A DNA stretch of 64,000 bases from Kudoa neothunni (lineage: Eukaryota > Animalia > Cnidaria). Made by a program: the position numbers and the translations under genes. The notes below the pieces were generated by a model. The model worked only from the letters and a program-made list of their open reading frames with translations, searched no databases and was not told where the DNA came from. The DNA is taken from assembly GCA_964304625.1 (NCBI GenBank), contig OZ199839.1:6414690-6478689 (forward strand). The letters run 5' to 3'. Position 1 is the first letter of the stretch. Each line of letters starts with the position of its first letter. Below, piece after piece: positions 41,100 through 52,289 of the stretch.

Positions 41100-41160
41100 G
41101 TATGTGATGAGACTTAGGTCCGTGTTGTTGAATTCTCATGAGAAATACCTAATCTGATAT
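41100..41160 (+). ncRNA. Candidate box C/D snoRNA, U18/SNORD18 family
   Basis: Box C GTGATGA (41104-41110); guide GGTCCGTGTT (41117-41126) complementary to conserved LSU rRNA AACACGGACC; D'-like TTGA (41128-41131); box D CTGA (41154-41157). Confidence 0.65.
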
Positions 41161-42306
41161 AAAACTAACGTCGAGATGGCATTATTGCTCGTGATTTGAG
41201 TGAAATGTGCGCATTTATGCTCAACTAGTCTGACCTTACATTCGGTTCTGTCGTGACCACTTACGCAGTTGAATCCTCCCTTCTGTATAATTCTGTATAA
41301 TTCTGTGTGCCGCTGAATCCTTCCTCATAACTTTCTGTGCAGCTATATTGTCGGATTAGTTTTAATTTGGTCCATGATTTGTTCATGCCATCTTTATATG
41401 TACATATGTATATGTGCGATTATTTAGATTATACAATATTTATAGGCTATATGGTATAATTCATATCATATTTTTGACGAATTGGCCGCCGAATCATTAT
41501 ATTAATGTGTACATTAAATTACTGTTATTTTATTCCATTCAAGGGGCGTGCGTTTGAAGCTGATCCTAACACACCAATAAAGTCAATGCTATTGTTTTTG
41601 GATTTGATTGTAATGGGTTGTATAATTGGTATAATTTTTCGATATAATATTGAATTAAACCTGTTGAAGTTGGTTTCGGTCGCTTTATATGAATAGAATT
41701 AATGATCGTTGTTTGGTGCATCTATCGATCGTGTTTGTTGTAAATAAAAATAAAATTGCAAAAAACAACTATTATATACGGATAAATAAGATTACATAAG
41801 AAACATAAGAAATACGGACTATTATGTCTATGGAAGTGTGTACTATCTGAAGAATCTAGGTTGAAGCTTGGTTGTTTCTTTATGAATAATATTGTATTCT
41901 ATACGGATAATTTAAATGAATTACTATTGCTATATAATAAATATTCGTCCATCAGGTGAATATTTGTAATATCCGAGTTGATGTTTGACCATAATTAGCT
42001 CTGTTTTTGTTCAATCAAAAAAGACTAATTGGCATTTAATGACCTGATATCAATTACGATTCGCGTATAATGGCCTTATTTTTTACTACTTGATGAAAAA
42101 TATAATACCTTATTAACTATATACATTGAATACGAGTTATAGCACTTGCATATTTGATATATACAGTTGTGATATTTTGCTCAGATATTATATACACATA
42201 ATCTATGCAATTTACGATATAAACAGTAATCTACAAACTGGAGTATTAGGAAGGTGTTGTCACGATAAGTCCAAAAGATCATCCAAAAAATCTAAAAATG
42301 ACACTC

Positions 42307-42911
42307 ATGATTTCAATCCCATTAAGGCTATCCATTATGATAGGTAAGTTTCAATTTTATATAAATACTATCATAAATAACTATTGATTTGTAGTGATTC
42401 TGCTAGTTCAATTTAATGCATTGAATCCCCTTCCAATTGCTAACCAACAATTAATCGAATCAAACACTAACTCAAACAACCAAAATATTAACACCATGAT
42501 TCATAAAAGATTAGATTCAGCCACACTGAACGATTATTTCGATGATTTTGATCGGATACTTGTCGATGGTGTAAATTTATGCACAGTTTGTAATGTAATT
42601 ATGGATTGAGGGTTGAATCTGTAAGGTGATTGACATTTCGTTTCTCTCTAGGTATACACACACGCGTTGGCGGATAACGACCCCGACTACGCTGCCAGAA
42701 TAGCAGCGCAAATGTGTAAAACTATGCACCCTGAAGGTAGTAACTACTTTCAGGTATGTTGAACTATTATAACCCATTTTAAAACCTTATTCAATAATTT
42801 TAGTGTCTTAAATTATTCAACAGTAGCAATAAACTACTTACACAATATTCCAAGCAATATAACATCAAGGAAGCTTGCTATCGAACAAATTTTTGTAAAC
42901 ATAAACCTTAG
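42307..42911 (+). CDS. Secreted saposin-like protein 8 (dispersed, opposite strand)
   Basis: Four exons, phases 1,0,0. MISIPLRLSIMIVILLVQFNA..CTVCNVYTHALADNDPDYAARIAAQMCKTMHPEGSNYFQCLKLFNSSNKLLTQYSKQYNIKEACYRTNFCKHKP*, giving C-x2-C-x22-C-x12-C-x23-C-x5-C. Confidence 0.85.
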
Positions 42912-43926
42912 CTATAGGCTTTCTTATATAATTTGTGTACAGAATCACATTAAAAATATGTTTATGAGTAAAAATTTTTTCATTTCTCTGCAAACAATTA
43001 CCAATTTCTACTCTTTTTTAAATATATCAGTAATCAACAGGGGGATTCAATCTTAGATTGGCGAAATTATAACTTATCAATTTTATTCATCAATTATCGG
43101 GGAATTTTTATTTATATGATGTAAATCTGATTATAATGCGGAGTAATCGAATTAATCTAGGACCTTTCCACAATAAGGTATCTATAAATGTATCTTAACG
43201 TTGAAGTTTCAGTCAATAATTTTATATTCAATGGTTTTGAAGCCTGTAATGATGTTTTCAGTAGAATGGACTGGAATCAAACTGCGCACAAATCTAAACT
43301 CTATAACCTCTGTTTTTACATTTAACTCGAATCGCTCACACGAATTTTTGATTTTAAAATCAAGAATTTTTCGAATAATGTTTACAAAATAAATTATAAC
43401 CCTTTTCTCAAGCTTATCCTTTCCAACGCGTATAATTTTCAGCTTATATCATTTATGATATATATTATCGATCTTAATATTAGAGAATTTATATTTTATG
43501 CAATTACGTTGGAGAATATTGCCAAAAATTAATAGATATTTTCACATCATTTATGTTATTAGCATTTTATAGTATAGAAGCATTATTGTGATTGGTTTAA
43601 GGTGATTCTTCGATTTCATCCAATTAAAATAATTTTAGTTTACATTAAAATTGTATAAACTGAAAGAAATCGTCTCATTTATATATTTGTATAAATGATT
43701 ATTTGTCTGAAAGTTTGTTTGTAAGACACTTAAGTATGCATGTGCGACATAATTTAATCTCGATAGAAACGCTTGTATGAAACATATAATGTTTCAAGAT
43801 ATTAAAAATTTTTTTATGTTTATTATACTAACTTTAAAATTTGTCAAATCATATAAAATAGAGATTTTATAAATTTTAAGCGGATTACACAACTACAATA
43901 ATAGGATTGACATCTATATTTATATA

Positions 43927-44800
43927 TAGGGTTGGAAATTTTCGATCGAAAAACGTCGATTTTCGCTGGTTATTGCCCCATTAAACACGTTCGAAAATAA
44001 GAAGGAAGCGACATGAAATAACCAATATTTAATGGGATGGAATGGAATGGTCTAGAAGCCGCTGGTGATGTACTAATATGTAGATATTGCAAAGTGATTA
44101 TACCTACGAAACAAAATAAAATACAGGAGCACATTAATTCTCAAAAATATTGTTCCATCAAGTCGAAATTGTTGAAAATAAACTCTCTAACTAATATATT
44201 TTATCGAGACGCGACGAATTCAGATAAAATAGAAATAGATATGGTTAAAATAGTTTCTTTTGATAGCCTTCCATTTTCTTCGATTAATAAAGAAAGAAAT
44301 CTAATGGAAATTTATTTCTACGTGTTGTCCTGCGTCACGGTCGCTACCTGAAAAGAAATATTTAGTTGAAAAGCATCTTCCCACGATATATAAGGAAGCC
44401 GTGGCCATTATTAAACAAATGTTGTCTGATTTACGTTTTATTTTAATAATTGACGAGTCCCCAAGTTCTAAAAACCGACCAACTTTTAACACTTTTGCCT
44501 GCTTCCGTGACAGTTCCTCAGATAGATGCAAAACTATTATGTTAGATTCTTCGAGACTTATGCCATGTAATTCTGTTATTGGTGCGGTGCTAGCTATTTG
44601 TCTGAATTCTAAAACGATATGATTTGGATTGGAAAAATTGTATCTCTATTATTTCTGACTCGGCATCTTACATGAAAAAATATTATATCGAGTTGAAAGT
44701 TATGCATCCTTATATCGCCAGAATCTTTCTTTTTTCATTAATTCTCATCCCTACTGTCAAAAAATAGGAAAGCGAAACAGTCTTTTTTGATTCACCTTAA
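43927..44800 (+). pseudogene. Decayed hAT-superfamily transposase (CGGBP1-like zinc finger plus DDE start)
   Basis: TAGGGTTGG terminus at 43927. Fragments LICRYCKVII..KIQEHINSQK, LPFSSIN, KHLPTIY..IKQMLSD..FILIIDESP and ISIISDSASYMKK across stops and frameshifts. Confidence 0.65.
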
Positions 44801-47639
44801 AAATAATAATTTTGATAGTTTTAAAGAAATTCCGAGAGTATTAGATATGATATACGGTGGTATAGTTTCTTTAATTGTATAAGGCGAATAAAGGAGATTA
44901 TATGCAGGTCTGCGCAAACAGCTCATTCTCGCAAAAAATACGACAACATTACACTATATATAATAAATTTATATTTTAGTTTCACCATTTTAATATAATT
45001 ATAATAGCCTAGAGATTTTCTTCTCGAAAGAGATATTCTCTCCCGTGAAAGAACATGCCTAATCTTAGCAAAAAGTTTTACTGCGATTAAAGACAACAGT
45101 AATTTTAAGAATCCATAAAAATTGTCGGCAAGTTTGTCTTGCTGAAATATTTTTTAAACAATGCGAGTAAATGCTTTTCAACAAAAGTTTCAGCATTAAT
45201 TAGAATGTAAGTGTGCTGTAGGACAATATTTTTAGAAAAAACTTCTAGGCCCTGCGTAACTGTATATTATTTTAAATGTTAATCCACCATATACCACGGC
45301 TGAAACCAGATAAATCATTATTTTTTGATTTTTTATGATCTTTAAATAACAAAACGGGCCAGGGGAGACAAGCTTTAACGATTCTAGCATTGAACGATGC
45401 TTCGATAATGCAATATGTTTCTGCACATGGTTTTGTACGTAACATTAACTTACCGTATTTGTAAACTAATTCATTTAATTAATCTCTATATTAGCGCGAT
45501 ACTTAATATAATTATCAAAATCACATCTTATTCTGTCCATTCTTATTAAGGTGCGCTTTCCGAAACACTCCAAATAAATAAACGTCGAACCAACCTAATA
45601 AAATCGGCGATTTAAATTGAAAATTGCATGCTCTATGTATAAATGATGTTCAAATGTTGTGTTGATTTTTATTGCGGACATTATCGATAAAGAGCACCAT
45701 TTATACTTTTAGCATTAATGTCAATCATGTGAAACATTATTATTTAATTTAGTTTGATAACGATACTTCATTATTAAAGTGAATATATACGGGATAGTTT
45801 TTTATCTAATCATAATGCACAAGTATAAGAAACCCAAAAGAAAAATTAAAACCTTATTCAAGGTGCTTATAAAATGCATAAACGTATACAAACCAACATA
45901 TGTCAACGTCTGCAGAATATTGAAATGAATTTATCTTTAGTTCAATAATTGCCATCAAGATAATTTAAGCTACATACGACTTAATAATGTTTAGGACAAG
46001 AAAAAATATTAGGCATTATTATAAAATACTCATTTAAAATGATATAACTAACTTTAAGTAAAAAGTGATACCAGAGAGAATAATTCGAGATTCGATAATC
46101 AGGTGTAAAATAACCAGCCGAATGAAAGAAGAAATAGTATTAATATAAGTATAATTCGCTCAAATACATATTAGATATCAAGCGTTAAGCAAATCAAGAC
46201 AAATGAATGAAACATCCTCAACCAAGTTACTTAATAAAGACTTGCCTGAACACTTGTATAATACAAAATGTCATCAGCAGATAGATAGGCGCGAAATAGA
46301 CGATAATTTAAATAGTCAAATAAGCATACAGAATTTTTTTATTAATTTTATATTGATTTAAAATTTTCCTCGAGAACATGGACAGTAGGACGACCTAATG
46401 GTTCTGATCTAACAGTCATTGGATTAACTAAAAAGTAAAGATGAGCAGTTTAAACTTATATAAAATATACAAACAATACAATACTCTGTGAAATATATAT
46501 CCATTATATAATAATTTCCTTTTCATTTTTATAGAACAAGAAAACAAGTTAAAAATCACAATTATTTTATCTTAAAACAGATATATCCATTTATATAATA
46601 AAGTAAATTAAGAAAGATATTATTTCTTGTTTTTTGTCCATCTTTATGAAAGAAAAGAACATAGAATTGACAGAAACAAAATGGAACGCGTTCGAGTATT
46701 TTTAGCATGCGTGCTAACTCATTAGTAATTCCAACGTCCTTCGTATTTTCTTATAAAAATTACATTACTTATAATCAGTGTTAATAAAAAAAAATACAGA
46801 GATAAATTCTTTAAGAAAATTACAACTTATTGCCTGCATATTTGGCAAATTTCGAGGTAAAATGTCAATTAATGTATTTATAGAATTAAAATTTTGACCA
46901 AAGCGTTATTCTAGGAGATATTCCCATCCGTTGCAATAGCCACTGCCTTTTTTATACTTTTGAGGATGCAAGAAATTAGGTGATATTATTTAGTTGATCT
47001 TAATGTAATAATTTAACAAAAAGAACATAAATCAGATTATTCAAATAGATGGGGAACTTTTAATAGATAACCAAAAATAATATTTTTTCATAAAAACTTC
47101 AAACATAATAATTTTTAACTATAAGAATAATAATTTCTCTAATTCAAAAGTTTTCATTTCTGAACCCACTACATTTGATCGCATCCGGGGATTTTTCTAA
47201 ATGAAATAGTGCTTCTTTTATAGAAATAATATTATCTTTGATATTGTTCTGCTGCTTTTTATTTAGGATAGACGATGGGACAGAAATAACAATTTCATCA
47301 TCTTCCTACTTATGAGATACATATACCATTCGAATCGATTTCTTGAAGAACATTATCTTCGTGAGTCTCACTTTCAAAACGTGCTCTTCTAAAATAATTT
47401 TGGACGGTGTCTTGGGTGACTTATTCTCATGATTGTTTTAAAATTATCATCGCGTCTATAATATCAGGTAGTTTAACCTTGTCACATTTGGATTAGATTT
47501 ATGCTATGATAAAATTCATGAGTTAATTTTGGTTCTACGATTTAAAACTATGAATAATGCAAGAATCTAGAAGCTGCTGGGTGCTAATGGTATTTTAAAG
47601 GAAGAGTCACAAGATATATTTGAAAGCAATACATTAGGG

Positions 47640-47791
47640 CAGTGTTCCCCCACGTTTTCCAGAAAAATGTTTCGTGCCCCATCTTTCTCAAAACTTTTCG
47701 TGATGTTAATCATCACTTAAAAATTTCCATGCCCCAAAAAATTTTGTTCACATCCCACCGATGGGACGAGGGCCTGCGTTGGGAAACACCG
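47640..47791. mobile_element. hAT/Charlie-type MITE (about 150 bp)
   Basis: CAGTGTTCCCCCAC ... GTTGGGAAACACCG termini; flanks cattaggg and gattacga are partly similar. Confidence 0.55.
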
Positions 47792-48618
47792 GATTACGAT
47801 GCGGAGAGCTATTGTCCAAAAAGAGAATAACTTTATTATTTAAATGTATTAATTTTTTATTCCGCCTAATCAGGAATTCACTAAAACATTCCTTAAGAAA
47901 CATCGTCAGATCGAAATTCAAATTTTTTATATATTCACTAAAAATTTAAAAATATTAGACTGCTAAAGGTTTAGTAATGTCTAAAATAACATTGATTCTA
48001 TAAGTAAAATTTCAAAATTATTGTTTTATTCAATAGCCATTGGTATGCTAAACTTTTATTTCACCAGAATAAATGTATACATATAGTATTATGAGACTCA
48101 ATTTAGACCGATTTTACTGTGAATCATTTTCTTTACGATGAAACAAATTTTTTTTAGAACCGTTCACAAAAATTATTTGTATAATTATTAAATATTCCTA
48201 TTTTTAAACAAATATTGAATTTTTTCAAATAAAAAAATTAATTCGAAGTCTGATTTTTTGATGTTTCGAGAAAATGAGATAATTTGTTCTTAGCATTGAA
48301 TACTTCAATTCCATTTGCTATCGATAATATTATTACGCTCACTAAGTAGATTATTTGAATAGATTTTACTTAAGGTCATAATTTTTTAATTCACATCAAT
48401 TAAGTATGCCATAGGTTATTTTGGAACTCTTAATGAGCCCAACAAACTTCGGAGGAAACGAAGTAGGATTTTTAACAATAATTACACACTTTCAAATAGT
48501 ATGAAAATCTTTATCATACTAAATTCGTAGAGTCGTAAAGTACTATTATATTTTCCTATGAATAGCAACCATGTGATCTAAATAAACGATATAATCCTAT
48601 TTACAATATTTTTCTAGC

Positions 48619-51525
48619 ATGGAAAATGCTTTTTTTAAACTAAGCATTCTAATTGGATTATTGCGTAATATATTTTAATCTGTTGTTATATACCATTTTT
48701 GTAGCTTTTAGTGAACTTTCTGTTAAAGATATAAGAGCTACAACTTCAACTCCTACAAAAATACTTTCATACAGCATTACAAATGGAAAAGTTAAATTGA
48801 CATTGACTGGGTCAGAATATGAAGGGTCTACGAAATATTGTCTCATAAGAAAGGAAAGCGATGACAAAACCGGATATTCTCAGATAACACCTTGTACTGG
48901 AAGCCATTCAGAACATGGAACTGACAGATGCCTAAGACTTTGCTCTGGAGATAACAACGAATTGGAGTTTAATAAGTTGTCACCAAGAGTCAATTTTATC
49001 TATGTATATTCTGGAAATGTTTCTGCGAATATGAAAGAAAAAAATTCTGGTGGAGATGTTTTTGGACTTTCTATCCGTAAATTAAAAATAATTGATTACT
49101 TGTTAAATTAAAATTAGCACTCTTGGTGAATCCAATAATCACAATAACGACAGATACTGAAACAGGAAAATTAAAGCTTGAAACTAAAACATGTATAAAT
49201 GTTGACTGCCCCATTTTTTATAAAGGTATTAAATATCAGGCGGGTACAAAAGGGAACGACTGTGTATCTAATAATAGCGCCAATACAGTGGATTTTGACT
49301 TAATGATTCCTCACTATGAGATGATGTGTACGAATTACCCTAGTTTCTTTTATGAAATGCCAAATTCCTACATGAAACAAAATATTGACATTTACAAACC
49401 ACAGTACTACGTCACTTACAAGGATGGTAGTGAGAAGAAAAAATATGTTCTAAAATTTACCAACGCCTTTCCTTCCGAAATATGCTTGTTCAGTATCAAG
49501 GACGCAGCCAGCGGAGCAGCTGCATCTACGAACACTTACGCTTCAATTTGTGGGGGTGGAGAAGGTAAGAAATGCTACGCACCCTGTAATGACGTTGAAT
49601 TAACACTCGCTGTATCTAAGTCAATCGTCCAAATATTAATTCAAACTAGAAACTATAATGTCGAATTGCCCCAAGGTAGTTTTAGGGGTTATGAAGAGAA
49701 AAAATATGGTATGTGTTTAGTCAATACAATATAATTATTTGTTAATTATAGCTATCATCGAGGCTACTGGAGCGAATAATGCACTTTTGACTTCAGAAAC
49801 AACTGTTGGAATAACGCTTAATCTTTCTCTCTTCAATCCAAATACTCAGAACGTAAAATTTAATACGTGTACTTTGAAATATTATCCTTCTGGAAACCCC
49901 AGAATTATTCCAGTAACTGTTGCCCAACGTTCCGTGAGTGGTTCTGGTCAAAATACTTGTGAAACAGCTGTTATAAATGGCCTAGATGCAGGAAAAGCGT
50001 ACATCATTGAAATCGCACCACAAGCAATAGATAATCACAATGAATTTAAGGAATATTTATTTTTCAGAACTAGTAATAAATTAGTTAATTTTGTAATTTA
50101 ATTAATCGTAGAAAAATCTGCGACTTTAAGCTTCGACGCTGCAGCACCCGCCGCAACCGACGTGACAGCTACAGTAAAAGCGGTTGGCGGTAATGTCGAA
50201 GCAGCAGCAACTGAACCAACTTGCTCATATTATATCAGTTTAGCAGAGAAAAACGCATTCGTCGAAGCAGAATGTGAAGACAGCAATCCATGCAGAGGGT
50301 TTTGTAAAGACACCAAGAAGTTAATACATTTAGACCCTAAAACAAATTATGACATTAAAGTTGTTTCACACAAGGATTATGGAATTACGATATATAAAAA
50401 TATTCCGACTAGTAAAACGATTTGAACTTAATCTAATTTATTATGATTTTCTTAGCTTGGTCAACTCTTGTTATTTCCAAAAATTTCCTAGATAAAGGAT
50501 TTCAAGTGGTTGGAACTTTGACATCTGCCTATCCACAAGCGCTATGTCAATATAAAATCAAAATAAAAAATGGAACGACTCTACAAGATGTTTATTCCTG
50601 TCCCTCCGTTAATAATATTTCTAGACCTTCTGTATCTCCTCAGCCCCAAACACCGCAAGGATCTAGGCCGGTTAGCAGTTCAAATTTGTCTAAAATAAGA
50701 ATAGCGAGATCAAATAATGCTGAATCCAATAATACCCCGACAAACCAACCAACTACTAATCAATCCAACTTTCCACCATGCAGAAAACCACCACTGTGCA
50801 GCAACATAGTAATCAGTGAGGGTTATGAGGCTGATAAGGTCTATCAAGTTTTGGTAACAGCTATAGGTCGTTCTGAAGAAGTCACCATAGACATTCCTAA
50901 AAGTAACATATTAATAGATTAATCTAGCGATGCTTGAAATATCATAAATATAGATTCAGTTCCAGAATCACCTCAAGATGAAAACAAAAAAATAACTGTC
51001 ATTATTGAAAGAATTGGCGAAACATTAAAAATCACCTCGTTACTTCCCCCAGAAAAGAATGAGAAATCTGTTTGTCGGTGGATATTAAGAGACATTACGC
51101 ATGTTTCACAACCAATAACGAAAAAGTGTGATTCGATTGGCCCTAAAAGATGTACTTTGCCTACTTGCAAATCGTTCACAATTGAGAACGTAAACGATAC
51201 CAATGATTATCATTTAACAGTTATTCACTCCGAAGATTCCACTGTGATTGGCGTTGGAATAATTAACAAAGGTAGCCAACAATAAATAAATAATTATTTT
51301 TTTAAGCATTAATTTAGGTGAGACATCAAACCAATCGAAGTAAATTTTATTTATTTCTAATATAAAATATAATTATTCTTAGGGCCAGTACCACAATGTA
51401 TTAGTTATTTTAATTGATTGCGGTAGAATAAGTGCCAATTTAGGATTGTTGGAATAGTTGTTCCAATCGCTATAGTGGTTTTGGGAGTTGGATTTTACTT
51501 CGGATATTGGAAAAACAGAGGATAA
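48619..51525 (+). CDS. Type I membrane protein with tandem Cys-rich FN3-like domains
   Basis: Signal MENAFFKLSILIGLLPFS; large phase-1 exons matching ORFs 48653-50922 plus about 50955-51271; micro-exons 51318-51339 and 51383-51397; TM segment IVGIVVPIAIVVLGVGFYFGYW then KNRG*. FN3-like motifs INGLDAGKAYIIEI and LDPKTNYDIKV. Confidence 0.8.
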
Positions 51526-52289
51526 AATCATATCATTTTATCTAAAATATATTTATATTAAAATAAATAAATAATTATTTTATTTATATACCTTATTGTT
51601 TAATTATATTTATTTGACGAAAATATTTTATCTTTGGATGAAAGGGAATACTTTATTCATCCGAAACAATAATTTAATGATTTATCTGATTGCGTTAACC
51701 TAAATACACGAAAATCCTACAATCAAACTGTGAATTGGGTTATGGAAAAATTTTTCAGATTTAAATATGATATTTACTTACAATAACGTTTATTATTGAA
51801 AAAATAAATAATAAAATACTTATTACTTGGCTTACATATAAATATGGATCATGAGATTCGTTAAACACCACTGAACCAACAATTCCCTGTAATTCTTATT
51901 GGACTGGAAATTGGAATCCTGGGTAGATTTATTTCCGATAAATTGGTCAAAATATACCTAAATAAAAATGAAATCTTTAAATTTTATGTAATAATTAGCG
52001 TATTATTATTTTTTCCAATACGTATATAATAATTAAAATTTGTTCTTATTCTCCAGTAAAGAAAAAACGTTAATTATTAATTTCATGATATTTATAAACA
52101 AAAATGAAGCTATATCATATAGAATCAAAATAGATAGGAAAAATAGAAGAAAGCGGATATTTACTCATCTGTGAGAAAAATTATTCTATACTGTCAAAGA
52201 TTTGTAACAAATGTACGTATCTTATAAAATGTTATCAGAAGAGTATTTTAAATATTACATAAGAGTATAGATTTAAAAAATTGAATATT

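Noticed and set aside
45615-45634. Right terminus of the hAT relic starting at 43927
   Set aside because: AAAATTGCATGCTCTA is only loosely complementary to TAGGGTTGGAAATTTT, and the putative TSD is low-complexity.
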